A stretch of DNA of 63,837 nt, the filler included, from Craspedostauros australis (Eukaryota), in the NCBI GenBank assembly GCA_030167865.1. It is 8 parts of 8 records of this genome, joined end to end, with 100 filler letters (N's around TTAATTAATTAA, not from the genome) between each part and the next. Parts side by side here need not be neighbours in the genome. Positions count along the whole stretch, not along the records: positions 6,300 to 13,743 come from JALAGF010003569.1; positions 13,844 to 41,115 come from JALAGF010003570.1; 6 more parts are not named here. One strand, 5' to 3'. Under the pieces are notes generated by a model. It was given only the letters and a program-made list of their open reading frames with translations. It was not told the origin of the DNA and did no database searches. Each line of letters begins with the position of its first letter. The first letter of the stretch is position 1. Below, piece by piece: positions 11,070-23,618 of this stretch. Both the position numbers and the translations under genes were made by a program.

Positions 11070-12800
11070 CTACAGCGAATAGACGTTCATTCCTGTCGAT
11101 GGTGGGAGATGATTGCGCGATGACGCAAGCGTCAGGAAGCTGTTCAGCTGTGTGACGGACTCCAGTACCTGCGTGAGGCTCGCACGCTGCGTCGCCACTG
11201 GTGGTACGTGGGCGCGCGGGTGTGTCAGTGCCTGTTGTAGTGCGCTCACGAATGACGGCAGCACATTGTTGGAATTAATTGGCCCATTTCGTTCTTGGCC
11301 CAGCAGCAACTTGAAGAGGGCAGCCTGGAGCTCTTGGCCACCGTTTGCGAGAGATGGCATTGTGTTGTTAGCGCGAGTGTTGAGTGCTGCGTTTGAGCTG
11401 CTGCCAGACATGTCGGCATATCCACTTTGGGCGAGGTTGGTACTGTGATTCGAAGAAGAACGCATCGAAGACGGTGGGATGAACCGTCGTCCATGCGAAG
11501 GCTTCACAGACAACCCATCGGTCATGTTTGGCCCAATGGGCATGGCATCGTTGTACAGCTGGCAGCTACCGATTGGTATTTTGGGAGGATTCGCACCATC
11601 GAGAAGCTGTGATGATACTCCACCGTCGGTGGGACTGTGGGTGCTGGACCTTGGAGAATGCGAGCGCATGAGATTCGATCTCGGCGCCGCACAAACGCTG
11701 GGTACTTTTGGTTCCTTTGGTGCCACGGCTGTGAACGCTTGCGTCATCACCGAATGTGAGGAAGATTGGGCATCATTCGTCGACGGTCGCTTCCGCGAAT
11801 TGATGGCCTGCAGCGATGGATCTCGCGTTGCCATCAATGCATCGATGGGGGACTGTGCTGGTGCGACATTGAAGGCCGTGGCAGTTGCCGACAGCTGCGC
11901 CTGATGGATCGGAGATACGATCTCGAGATATCGCGAGAGCAATGAGAGATTGAGCTGGTTAAGAAGCTCAAGCACAGCATCGGTGCTTGTGGCAGCAGAC
12001 GGCGTCGGTGTCGATGGCGAGGCCGGGCGCGAAGAGATGTGCGAAGGGCTGAGGTGGTGCGATATCTTTGGTGATTTTGGATGAATAGGAAGTGAGGGTG
12101 CCGCCAGCGGGCTAGCTGCGCACGGCTGTGGCTTTGAAGCAACCGAGCACACGTTCGGCGTTGGCGATGTCATCGTTGTCGGTTGTGATTGAGAAGAAAA
12201 GGGAGGTTGCAGGCGTGAGACTCCTTCGATGGATCCATTCTTGAACGGCATTCCATTGAGATCGTTGACTTCGTCCGTCTCCGAGCTCGTCGGGGAAACG
12301 ATCGGAAGCTGAGGTGGCATGTGATAACCCTGATGCTGAGATGTAGCTTGTCCGGTGGTACCCTTGCGCCTGTCTATGTTCTCGCTCCTGCTAGAAGTCG
12401 CAGCCGCAGCCACAGCCGCATGGTGGCTCATCTTGAGGTACTGTCGCGCATTCTTCTGCTTGACTCGCACCCTCACCATCTGATCACACAGCTCCTTCTT
12501 GCCACGCAGGAAGTTGCCGTGATAGATGTCGCCCTTGCGAGGTTCCTTGGTGCGCGTGCGGAAACCCCAGAGATTGAGGTTGCGTTGGAAGGTCTTGTAG
12601 CGCAGCGACTTGAAGTATTCCGACATGAGACGCTGGGCAAAGCGGTCCTTGTCGTGGACGTGAAAGCTGTCTCCGTCCGGTGACCATGAGACGATGTCTG
12701 CGAAGCCTTCATCCTCCGCGGCATTCAGCATCTCGTGCAGCTTCCATGGGAACTGTTGGTACTTGCATTTCACGGAGATGGCGTTGACGCTGGTCTTCAT
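11070..12800 (-). CDS. Heat shock transcription factor (HSF-type DNA-binding domain) with long S/P/Q-rich tail
   Basis: FPWKLHEML...IVSW.PDG.SF.VHD...F....M..YF....YKTFQRNLNLWGF...YH.NFLRG...LC..M.R; first ATG 12800, an upstream exon is not excluded. Confidence 0.9.
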   Translation of the reverse strand: MKTSVNAISVKCKYQQFPWKLHEMLNAAEDEGFADIVSWSPDGDSFHVHDKDRFAQRLMSEYFKSLRYKTFQRNLNLWGFRTRTKEPRKGDIYHGNFLRGKKELCDQMVRVRVKQKNARQYLKMSHHAAVAAAATSSRSENIDRRKGTTGQATSQHQGYHMPPQLPIVSPTSSETDEVNDLNGMPFKNGSIEGVSRLQPPFSSQSQPTTMTSPTPNVCSVASKPQPCAASPLAAPSLPIHPKSPKISHHLSPSHISSRPASPSTPTPSAATSTDAVLELLNQLNLSLLSRYLEIVSPIHQAQLSATATAFNVAPAQSPIDALMATRDPSLQAINSRKRPSTNDAQSSSHSVMTQAFTAVAPKEPKVPSVCAAPRSNLMRSHSPRSSTHSPTDGGVSSQLLDGANPPKIPIGSCQLYNDAMPIGPNMTDGLSVKPSHGRRFIPPSSMRSSSNHSTNLAQSGYADMSGSSSNAALNTRANNTMPSLANGGQELQAALFKLLLGQERNGPINSNNVLPSFVSALQQALTHPRAHVPPVATQRASLTQVLESVTQLNSFLTLASSRNHLPPSTGMNVYSL

Positions 12801-15800
12801 GATTGCAGAACAGTGGAGCGTGACTACTCGCACGAGGATCACCCGAACAGGGTGCTTCTGTGATCGCTATTTATTTCTGCTGCAGCTGCTGCTGATGGTG
12901 GTGGCACTGCCCTTGCTCTATCGATGGATTCTGCTGATGCGATCGATGATGATGTGCCGAAGAAGGACGACAGCAAGATGGCAGAAGGATGTCACGAGGA
13001 TGTCGCGAGGATGTTGCAATGCTGATATCAATCTTGGTATCGATGAAGAAGGTGGGTGAGGCGATGCGAGTGGTATAGTGTGGTATGGTATAGCAAGTCA
13101 GCCTGCTCAGCGATTGGTTCTGGTTGTAGGAGTAGGGCTGTGTATGAGCACACTTGGATGGATCTGAATTCGTCGGAGTATAGTGCTGATTTGTATAATA
13201 GGATTGTGGAAGGCCTCTGATGGCTGATTATCTGGTGTTGTGTGCTGGTCGATCACCATCGATTTCCCTCGGCCGTGTCAGCGCAGTCGCTGTCTGCAAG
13301 CACGAACACCCCACTTGCGATCCCGTACACTGATTGGCAACGACGCAATGTGTTTTTTCTTGGCTGGGCACAGAGCAGCAACGATGAAACATCCTCGCAC
13401 TTCTCACACATCCGTTTTGGTTTGCTGTACTCGTCTTTCTGCTTCGGGTCACACCCGTCCTGTACGGCCCCATTCAGCGAAGTCGAGTATTATTCTGCGG
13501 ATTTGAGATACTGAAACGTGATATTTTTAGACATCAATTTTTCGTGTTGTCTATTAGGGTTAGATATATTTAGCTAGCTTCTACGACACAAATACATGGC
13601 TGGCTTGTCCTCACCGTGGACGAAAATGGTGACGTCATCGACGGTCGATGCCAGACTGTGATGGTATCCAGCGGCCTCGATGGTATGTTGTGAAAGGTTC
13701 AGTGTTACGTTCATTCCTTGTGTTGTCGATGGTTTGGCTCTGGNNNNNNNNNNNNNNNNNNNNNNNNNNNNNNNNNNNNNNNNNNNNTTAATTAATTAAN
13801 NNNNNNNNNNNNNNNNNNNNNNNNNNNNNNNNNNNNNNNNNNNGGGAATATGTACTTAGTTTTGAAATCCGGGAAAAAAATATGGAATGTTGATTGCAAA
13901 CAGTTGGTCGACTCGCTGATCGGGCTCTTATGTTCACGATGACAAGCCCAACCAATCCCCCACGATCAGTGCACATATTCGTGGTCTTCCGCTGTTGGAT
14001 TCACGCAAGACGAACCCGCGACTACGGCTGCGGATGGCGATTTCTTCGCGTTGTTGGTCGCTCGTTGGCTGGAGAAAAGGTGCAAGCTTTTTGCACGAGG
14101 ATCTGGTGCGAGTACACACGTACGGATATGCCCGCACCGCGCAAATGAGGTCGACACACCTTCATGAACGCTCCGGATTCACACGATGAATTCACAACTT
14201 GTGACATCTTCGTATAATAGAATACTCGTAGCTCGAATCCACGAGTATGGACCTCTGCTCTATCATGCCGAATACTGTATCATGGGCATCATACTCCACT
14301 CAAGCGTGCAGGCTTGGAGCGCACCATCTGCGCTATTGTACTGATTGCGCAACTCGGACCATACCAGACTGAATTGAGTATTGTAATAGCAGCAGAAGTC
14401 GAGTATGGGTATCTGAATACTACACTCTCAACCAATAGAGAGGTATTTCACCGGCGTTCATCGAGTACAGAAAACGAGAAAACAGAACAACACAATGCTG
14501 GGTGCGATTGAGCAGTGCGTGTGGAGAATAATTGTTCGTGGGCTTGTGCGATCTCTTTCACGTTTCTCCCTGATGTGTTTTGCTTCTCCGGAGAGAGGAA
14601 TCAGCGTTAGCGACAGAAAGGCAGACAGAGAGATACAGAGAGACAGCGGGAAACGCGCGCATGCGACGGCTGGTCCTGCCGATGATGGCTCCTTTGCGAT
14701 CCTCCGCTCTCCGTGTGTGGAAGTGCCAACAACCATGCCACGACAACAAGGGTTCGAAATGACCACGATCACAAGCGCTGCTATGGCAACGACGGGTAAA
14801 CATGTTCTGATCGTGGTTGGTGCGACGCTGATTTTTATTGGCACAGCGGACATGGGCGCCAGAGCGATTCCTCACGGACGGATTCACCCTCCTCGTGGTT
14901 GCAACGTGGGCCACACCAGCTCAAGTCGACGACTCGTGCAGTATGGTATGGTGCACTGCACTGGAACTCCACCCACGTAGATAACCAATTGCTCTCGTGC
15001 AATATAATGTAATACTTCGCATGTCGTCGCCCGGCCACTATGACGAATCATAACACAGAGACAACCTCAATATCCATCTGCAAAAGGACAGGCACCAACG
15101 AGTCGCGTACTAGTACGGAGTCACATGAATACCTACGAGTACGATTAGAAAGATAGAGTTTGTCCCACGCCTCTGTTCTTTAGATGGGGCGCTCCGAAGG
15201 AGCAGAGACGGCACCAAGTATCATCCTCGTATTCGATTTTGGTGACTTCTTGTATTTTGCTCTTGCTTTGTGTACTTGTGGAGGGATAGACGAACATGCA
15301 GCATCCCAGCGGAGGATGATAGGAGCGGGCGCCTCGGTTGGAGTGGCCTACATTCCTCTACGCGAACTTGAATGCATAATCACAGAGTGACATGGAGAGG
15401 AAGCAAGATCAGAGACGAGATGGGGAATGAGGAAAGCATCCCAAACGCATGCTTCAATGCTATGACATCTCAAGATACTCGTATGTGTAATATAATAGGA
15501 TGTATAATAGAGTGTATAATGCAATCGGATGTCGGAAGATCAAGATGAAGTGATGGGCTCTGTTCTCATCAGTGCTGGAGAAAGCAAATGGATTTCCGCA
15601 AAAACGCTCTCCTCCGTAGCAGAGCAGAGTACTCGCTTTCCCTTATGAACGATGTGGGTCGTTGTGTGCCTCCTTGTTGAATGGTGAGTATTTGAGTATT
15701 GTATTATAATATTCTATAATAGAATAGAATATAATAGAATAATATATAGCAATATAATGTAATGCAATACCATAACAGAGAAAGTATTATACTTTCAAGA

Positions 15801-16306
15801 GTTGAGGAGTGGATACTCGTATGCAGAGGTATGCTGAGGTATAGATGCACACCCGCACCTCTATAGTACGGTGGTACAGAGTACATTCGGGTAGAACCGA
15901 CACACTGTTGAATTTGGGCAGTTGCGAAATGCTCAAAGCACATTCCTTGTTGCTGTTCGCTTGTCGCATGCGACACGCGCGAGTTTGCTCACGCAGCAAC
16001 CGCGTTGCCGAATGCCGGCTGCTGATGCGAACAAACTTTCCAACAACAAACAGACGAGATGTTGCAGACGCTGTTGGCGACAGCAACGCGCCTCGTACTC
16101 GCACTCGCACGTTGTAGGCATGGAGTTCCTGCAAACTTGTGTGGTGCGAGTACCATGCAGAAATTCCATAGTTGAAAGTACTCCACTCTGCACAACACCA
16201 CACTCGTTCTCTGACCCGTGTTCGTGCTAATACTCTTGTTCTTTCTCGTACCATGCTCGCACACACCCACACGAGCACCATCCATTCCAAACGATAGCAG
16301 CAAGCG

Positions 16307-19300
16307 ATGAGAGACTTCCCTCCGGGTCCTCGTACCAGTATTGGGAGGAGCATCCAAACCAAACCAGCCTCGGGCAAAGCTGCACCAACGCGGCGAGCCA
16401 TGCCCAAGCTACCGCTGCATCCGGCTCTGCCGGCAACTCCGACACTTTCTGCAGCCAAAGCACCACCAAAGTCAAAGCCAACAGCAACAAGAGCAATAGG
16501 AACAACAAGAGCAACAGCAGGGCAATCAGTATCACCAGAACCACCCACGCTGCCCGTATCAACCTCGAAGGCTGGCATTGCCCCGAGATTGTTGTCGATG
16601 CTGGCGCCGCAAGCGGCGAAGCCGCTCGGTGCCCCCCCAAAAGCATCATCAACGGCAGTGCCAGTGGCAAAAGCATCAGCGATGATGGCAACGGCAGCAT
16701 CAATAGGACTGACAATGTTATCGAAGAGCCAAACAGGATCAAACCCACTTCCTAATCCCAAATGTACGAGTAGTCAGGCGAGGCTGCAACTACCGCAAAA
16801 GTCAAAAGCCCCTCCAACAGCACAAGCCAACACCACGGATCTGCGCAAGCCGCCTCCTTTGGCTGATCCTTCGGGCAATCCTTCCGCTCCCAAGCTTTCC
16901 GAAACAACACAGACAACAGCAACAACAACAACAACAACAACAACAAAACCAGCAGCGAAGGCAAAAGCCAAAGCCAAAGGTCTGGCAAAAGCACAGGTCA
17001 AGTCCAAGGCAAAACCCACAGCAAAATCCAAAGTGAAAGGTCAGATAAAGGGCAAGGCAAAACGACAGGCCAAATCCAACGCAAAAAGGCAGGCGAAAGA
17101 GGCGAAAGAGAGTGAGAAAGGACCGGCTAAGGGGCAGCAAGAGGGAGCAGCAAAAGGAAAGGAAACAGGACAGGAACAGACAACAGCAAAGTTACAGGAC
17201 TCCAATTCAACGACATATGAGCCGGGAATTGGGGAAGCCGTGGCTGGGCCAGGCAAAAGAAATTGGGACAAGAGAATACCAAAGCTATCAGGACCTGCGA
17301 TTGAGCCTGAGCCTCTTGACGTTCTGTTCGGGCGTGGCAAACCTTACCAGAAGCATCCAGGCAATTTCAAGCTTCACATGTACACCAACCGTTTCAAATC
17401 ACAATACGTGAACTTCAAAGAGACTGTCAGCGAAAAGAACAAGGCGGCATGCGCTGAACAAGCCGAAAAGAGCAAGGAAACACGCACCGAACAGACCGAC
17501 ACCGACACCGATACTGGGGACACAAAGGGCTTCCATTCCAAACAGGCCATCGTCGACGAAATCATTCGTCTCGTAAGGGCGACTGGAGGACGCTTTTTGA
17601 AGTACAACGAAGAGGGGCAGATCTGGCAGGCGGTGACGAAGACAGAGGCAAGGATGAAGGTGGCGCATGTGCTCCGTGGCAAGCCTCGAAAGTTGCCTGA
17701 CATCGACCCGATGTCTTTGGAATCACCGTTTGTGAAGTCTTCCCGAGCAATCGCCATAACCAGAGACGCTGCCATACTTGACATGCAAAGGCGTATCACC
17801 AAGTCATCGCAACGAGAGAATGAGCATCCGCCAGTACCGGTAAACCCTGATCCAAATCAACTTCGTCGACCTCAGCCACAGCAAACCTCGTTCATATACC
17901 CAAACAGCAATCGCGGTGCAGCTGTGCGTGCTGGGCAACCTGTTCTTCAGAATAATATGGCCACACGAAGAACCTCCGGAGTCGCAACAACTGCACAACG
18001 ACAAGAGACAGGACGGCAGCCTCTTGCAGCATCTATACGCGCTAGTGCACCTTTGGCGGCTGCTGGAACTCATGGTGCCCATGTTGCTCATGTTGCCCAA
18101 CCTTCACCGTATCGCGCCCATCCACAATCTCATCCACATGCACACCCGCTTCTGCAACCACATCCACATCCGCACTCGCATCCTCTTGTACAGCAACATC
18201 CGCATCATCATCTTCTACATCCGCACCCGCATCCTTACGCCGCCCACATTCCAAATGGTACAGTGGGACAGCCACACGCATACTACATAATGCAGCAGGC
18301 CAGGGCGCATCATCCAGTCGGTCAAGTGCCAGTACAGAACGTGGCTCGGTCATCCCATCGTCAGCCACAAGCCGCAGCCAGCCAGGTCGGGCAGAAAGTC
18401 AATCAATCCGAACCACGGAATGCAACACTGCATCCAACACACGTGGTGGCAAAAACAACGGCAGGAGCAGGAACGGGAAAAGGGATGGGAGTGTCATGTG
18501 CATCCGCAGGAAAGTTGACGGCACAATCGGTCTCACCTGGCGCCCAGCGTTTTATGCACAATGCAAGCGCAAATGCGCATCAACACGCGCTCAGAACCAG
18601 CGCCCGACTTGCTCAACCATCTACTTTCCCAACGGCAGCGGCGACGGCAACAGCGACTGCGCGCCCGGTCACTCGCGAAGTCAGACAGGAGGCCGAATCC
18701 TCGCCTGCGGTGCCTGTAGCGCGAGGAAGCGGCCAGCCACTGAAGGAGCCTGCCACTGGAACCGCGAGAGCACCAGCTTCGACTATGAGTGCCAGTGGAC
18801 GAGCACAGCTAGAATCAGCAAAGACATCAAACCAAGTCAAGGCTGGAAAAGCGGCCGTGCCTCCAGATGATCCATCGCAAGCTGAGCTTATCCATCGGAG
18901 TAGCACGAGCGCCCAGCCGCAGAGAAGAGCTGATGGTAACGATCGCCCGCAAACAGCAGTCGCAAGAGTGCCACCAACACTAGCCGCAACAACGGCAACT
19001 CCAGCAATGCCAAAAAGAACCTCACCACCAACATCAGCATCCAAGGATGAAAGAGGAAGCTCGAGCTTGCTGCCTGCACCTGGAGCTGGAGGTGCTGGAA
19101 GTGCTGGAGCCGGAGCCAGCAAACTCAGCAACGCTGCAAGCGGCACGATGGGTGTGCAAAGAGGCAGCGCTGTGAGCGCTCAGACCAGTTCTCGAACGGC
19201 CGCAACAGCGACAAATGCGACAATTCCAGCGGCGCAATCATATGCCGCACGAGGCAAAGCAATAGCGCCACCAACGGCCATAATGCCACGAACTGCCACC

Positions 19301-20170
19301 GCGACACCGCCACTCCCACTAATGCATCCCATGGGTATGCACCCAGGCGCCCTACCAGAGCATGCGCGCTACCTCCATCCCTCATATCCTCATGCTCCAA
19401 TGCATCCTGGCATGTACAACCTGCCAGATGCGGCCGCTGGTGCTGCCATGTACGATCCTGTCTTGTTTCCTCATTTGCACAACCCCGCCATAGTAGCGGC
19501 TACGATCGACGCATTCCATCGCAGCCGTGAGCACGATGGCCATATCATCGCAGCGCTGCTCAAGGAACGGGACGAACTTATTGAGAAGCTTCGGGTAGCC
19601 GAAAGCCGGATTCCGGCGGCTAATGCCACATCAAACGGATATGCCTTGTTGGACACCCAGGCAATGGGGGACACCGCACTCCCTGATGTCCCACCCAGCA
19701 GCGCCGCGGTCTTCCAGGGCGGGTACGAGAGTAGCAGCTCCCGAAGCTGCGATGGCGAAAGCGACAGAGAGGACGAAAGCAGCCGTGGTAGTCACAGCAG
19801 CAGCAACAGTAGTTGCAGCAGCAGTCGCAAAAGTAGTCACAGTTGGAGTAGTAGAAGCCGCAGCAGCAGTCTTGGCGTTCCTACAAATGGCGCAAACATG
19901 AAGCAAAGTGCTTCCGAAGATGGCAACGAAGCCAGCACAGGCACAAAGAGGACCATTGCGGATATTGGGACCATTGCCTGCCGCACCAGAGGCAAGCAAC
20001 AAGCGAACGTGCATGGTGGCAAGAAGAGGCCTCGTGTCACGAAACAGAATGATGCGAGCGGCAGTGTCAGCAGAAATGGTAATGACAATGGGAGTGACGA
20101 TGGGAGTGACGATGGCAATGGCAATGACAATGGAGGTGAGACAATCGATGAAACAAACAGCAGTGAATGA
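16307..20170 (+). CDS. Large low-complexity protein with DUF6824 domain (1287 aa)
   Basis: PLDVLFGRG....HPGN...Y...K..IV..I...V...GGRFLK......W..V....AR.KVAH.LR at about 17305-17680; K/A-rich, His/Pro-rich and Ser-rich flanks. Confidence 0.85.
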   Translation: MRDFPPGPRTSIGRSIQTKPASGKAAPTRRAMPKLPLHPALPATPTLSAAKAPPKSKPTATRAIGTTRATAGQSVSPEPPTLPVSTSKAGIAPRLLSMLAPQAAKPLGAPPKASSTAVPVAKASAMMATAASIGLTMLSKSQTGSNPLPNPKCTSSQARLQLPQKSKAPPTAQANTTDLRKPPPLADPSGNPSAPKLSETTQTTATTTTTTTTKPAAKAKAKAKGLAKAQVKSKAKPTAKSKVKGQIKGKAKRQAKSNAKRQAKEAKESEKGPAKGQQEGAAKGKETGQEQTTAKLQDSNSTTYEPGIGEAVAGPGKRNWDKRIPKLSGPAIEPEPLDVLFGRGKPYQKHPGNFKLHMYTNRFKSQYVNFKETVSEKNKAACAEQAEKSKETRTEQTDTDTDTGDTKGFHSKQAIVDEIIRLVRATGGRFLKYNEEGQIWQAVTKTEARMKVAHVLRGKPRKLPDIDPMSLESPFVKSSRAIAITRDAAILDMQRRITKSSQRENEHPPVPVNPDPNQLRRPQPQQTSFIYPNSNRGAAVRAGQPVLQNNMATRRTSGVATTAQRQETGRQPLAASIRASAPLAAAGTHGAHVAHVAQPSPYRAHPQSHPHAHPLLQPHPHPHSHPLVQQHPHHHLLHPHPHPYAAHIPNGTVGQPHAYYIMQQARAHHPVGQVPVQNVARSSHRQPQAAASQVGQKVNQSEPRNATLHPTHVVAKTTAGAGTGKGMGVSCASAGKLTAQSVSPGAQRFMHNASANAHQHALRTSARLAQPSTFPTAAATATATARPVTREVRQEAESSPAVPVARGSGQPLKEPATGTARAPASTMSASGRAQLESAKTSNQVKAGKAAVPPDDPSQAELIHRSSTSAQPQRRADGNDRPQTAVARVPPTLAATTATPAMPKRTSPPTSASKDERGSSSLLPAPGAGGAGSAGAGASKLSNAASGTMGVQRGSAVSAQTSSRTAATATNATIPAAQSYAARGKAIAPPTAIMPRTATATPPLPLMHPMGMHPGALPEHARYLHPSYPHAPMHPGMYNLPDAAAGAAMYDPVLFPHLHNPAIVAATIDAFHRSREHDGHIIAALLKERDELIEKLRVAESRIPAANATSNGYALLDTQAMGDTALPDVPPSSAAVFQGGYESSSSRSCDGESDREDESSRGSHSSSNSSCSSSRKSSHSWSSRSRSSSLGVPTNGANMKQSASEDGNEASTGTKRTIADIGTIACRTRGKQQANVHGGKKRPRVTKQNDASGSVSRNGNDNGSDDGSDDGNGNDNGGETIDETNSSE

Positions 20171-21135
20171 CATGATCGCGCAGATGCCTCTCAATCGAAC
20201 TGAGCAACACCATGAGCACGAGCATGCACGAGGATGTAGAATCATCCTGCACTCAGACAGACGAGGTGGGCACGGATTGGGCAACATAAAGAGATAGAGA
20301 AGAGAACGACGCAGCATCAGCTTGCGGTAGGCCTTCGCATCATCTTTTGGAATGCATTAGTTTACCGTTACTCTCGAATATGTGAGTGCTCGAACGCCAT
20401 GGTCGATGTGACGCTGATGTCTGGTAGTGGCGAATGATTGCTTCTTCGGTGGATGGTCGGCTTACTCGACCGAAGTCGGCCATGGCGGTAGCGACGCCGA
20501 TGTAAGCTGAGTATGGGACGTTGCAAATCGCACCAGCAACAGTAATGTGCATGTGGGATCATCGGCATGAGCAATGACAGCAAGATGAGATTCACGAGGT
20601 TCTCAGCTTGCAAGTTTTGTTGTCGCCTTGCTCATTTCGTCGTATAGGTCGTGCGTATTGGTATAGTAGGTCGCACATCAATCAGTCGCATCTGATCCGA
20701 TCTGCCAGATCTGCTTCGCAATAGTTGTAGAATACGTGTGCTCGTGCACAAGGAACCACAATGACGATCTCCCTCTCCAAGTCGACGGACTTGCAATGAC
20801 TGATGCATCAAAACTCAGTGCAGACCAGCAAAGTGATGTATAATGGACTGGAACGGTTGGATCGAATTCAGGCATGACATGCAGAGCAAGTGTAGATCGT
20901 ATTAATATCATGGACCGGCGCAAGTGGTTCCTGGGGATATCTCGCAGAGAGGGAGAGAGGTTCTCACGGCAGAGCAGATGCGAAAGAGAGACAGCGTGTC
21001 AGAAGTTGCGATCATCGTGCTGTTGTGAGTTGCGTTGCAACCAAGGCCAGCGGTGAAGTTGAAGTTGACACTGGCACTGACAACACTGCCGGTCATGACC
21101 AACCCTTGCTGATCCTTGCCATCGCTGTTGTGATC

Positions 21136-21218
21136 TTTACTGCTGGGGTCTTCACTGCTGGGGTTTTCACTGCTGGGGTTTTCACTGCTGGGGTTTTCAC
21201 TGCTGGGATGTTCACCGC
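21136..21218. repeat. Tandem repeat, 15-bp unit TTCACTGCTGGGGTT x5 plus a partial unit
   Basis: Directly visible; reads SSENP repeats on the minus strand. Confidence 0.9.
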
Positions 21219-21857
21219 AGTGGTCTTGAATGTTGCCGTCATCAGTCACACCAGCAGGTGCACCCTCATCCTCCCACCTGTAATACGATCTACGATCTAC
21301 TCGCACCACACCAAGACCCGATGCTTGGACTGCAGAGAAGGGAGTTGACACCAGCAGCATCGGTTGTGACCTTCGGTGCGGCCTTAACCGAAGCAGAGCT
21401 TTCGCAGCTGTCATCCACTGACTCGTATGGATCTTCCGAGACCGGAAAAAGGATCGCAATTGCGGAAGACCGATTGGCGCTGACTACACGGGCTGCCGAT
21501 GGCATGGTGCAAACCAACGTGCGACAGTGCAACGCGTCATGCGAGCCTCTCCCACCTGCTTGGCGCTAGCGACTTCACGGCCGCGTTCTGTCGCTGCGCT
21601 TCATGGAGGTCTCTGTGATTCCTGAGGAGTGCTGGGATGTTGGGCATCGTGCTGGTCGTGGCATTGGAAAGCACAGCCAACGCATCAACCTTGCTCGAGC
21701 GAACGATCAGCGCGATGGAGGCTTCATGCGACGCCCCAACTCATCAGAGCAGCCTCATCATGAAACAGAAACACCAGCAGCGCAGCTGGCTGCGCAAAGA
21801 CTTGAACGATAAAGTGAAGCCTGGTGCTCTCCTCTACTCTGCTTCATACTCTGCTGC

Positions 21858-21906
21858 ATACTCATACTCATACTCATACTCATACTCGTACTCGTACTCG
21901 TACTCG
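21858..21906. repeat. Hexamer microsatellite (TACTCA)n grading into (TACTCG)n
   Basis: Directly visible. Confidence 0.9.
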
Positions 21907-23618
21907 TTCTTCGATGCTCACATTTGAGCAGAGCGGGGCAGACAAAGCAGCACAGAGGACCTTGCTTGCATTTCTGATCTTGTTGGGTCCACACGTGCTT
22001 GTTGGAGAACTCCGCGGAAGGAATGCTGCCGAAGCAACCGCTCGCTATTGGCCATGGCGGAATGCGCCTTGGTGGGAAGAGCACCATCCTGGTACACGCC
22101 CCACACAAGTCACAAGCAGATCATGCTCCGCCGGATTCGTTGGTCTAGTCGGAGCTCGCGGTCGTGGTTGCCTCGAACGCACTAGTTCGATTACACAATG
22201 GACATCTACGGACTGTCCGTCATGGTATCTTCCTGGCTATGGGAATCTTGGGAGTACCAACATTTCAGCGAACACGTTCTGTTGTTTTGGGCTGGCTTCC
22301 AGGACATACATCCAGGTGCTACAGGACGCTGCTGTCTCCCCAGACGAAACCAGCTCCAATCTCTTACCACCCAACAGCCATATCGCAGATGGACGCTGTC
22401 GTGCGCCTGCGCGATGTTCTCTGTTCTCATTCGTGACAACCTGATAAGCCCAACAATGTCTTCACAATAGCCACACAAAGGTTCGCGTTCGCGCATTCGG
22501 TCCTCATCCAAATAATGGCCGTGTCTCACACATGCCCTTGTTCGGAGATATATGCTCGATCGGATGGACTTGGATCGGATGATTCGAATACGTCAGTTTC
22601 TTCACTCTAGTAAGTCCTTATTCATCAATCTAACAGTGTATTTGCACACATTGTTCGAGATCGTCTATGATTGTGTTCGATACTTGGTTCGTTCAACAGA
22701 TTAAACGGACAATAATGACGTCCGTATAAAACGTCCGAATATTGCAAACGAACACGATACTATGTGGTACCAACAAATGAGATACAGTGCAAACAAGTAT
22801 TCAACAATCAAAGTACCAACTCCGAATCAACGGGAGAAATATCAATGGTATCTGCGGTTAAATATCAATTCATTGAGTAATTGTTCGAAATGGTATGTCT
22901 GGTTTGTAGATGAGACTAGAGGGTGATGCATCATGTTCCCAGCATGTTGGTTTGCGTACGACTACGTTTTATTATACGAGCTGCATACGCTATCTGCAAG
23001 ATTCTCGTATGTCAGGCCATGGTTCATCGGGATGAAGGAACATCCATGCCCCACGCCTTCCGTGCACTGCTGGATGCTCCACACCGTCCGAGTGATCGAG
23101 GAGGAGTGGTCAAGATGGAGCAAGCCGTACACGTTGGTGTGCCTTGGTTCGACGGCGGTTAGCAAGAGTATGTGGTTGTGGGGATGGAAGCTGCGAGTGG
23201 AGCAAGCGAGTGAGGCATTGGCGGATGAAGCGTTGCGCAATGGATCACATGAAGAGCAGAACGCGCCATTGGCCAACAGAGGCCCGAACCATTATACGAA
23301 CAGAGACGTGGAGCCACTCGAACTCGCACGGCACGAGGCGTCGCACTGCATCCGAATGGTCTCTGTTGGAGAGTATCGTTTCGTATTGTACAATACAAAG
23401 GAAGAGCTGAGCAACATCGGTAGCAATTGATACACTCAGCTTTTGTTATGTATGGGTTACATAACGTCGCATTCGTTTTCGCTACTTCTATTGTATAATT
23501 GTTGCCTCGTCGGTGCAAATCCATCGTCTCTCTATCTCTTGCTGGCTTCCTGTTGGTTGTCTCTATTGCGCCGACCGTTCACCCCCCGGAACCGACTACT
23601 CGTAGTTGCCTGGGAGCT

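Noticed and set aside
15695..15795. AT-rich TATA/ATAGA low-complexity patch as a centromere candidate
   Set aside because: Only ~100 bp; too short to support such a claim
20908..21459. 183-aa ORF containing SSENP repeats
   Set aside because: No recognisable domain or convincing start; only the repeat is reported
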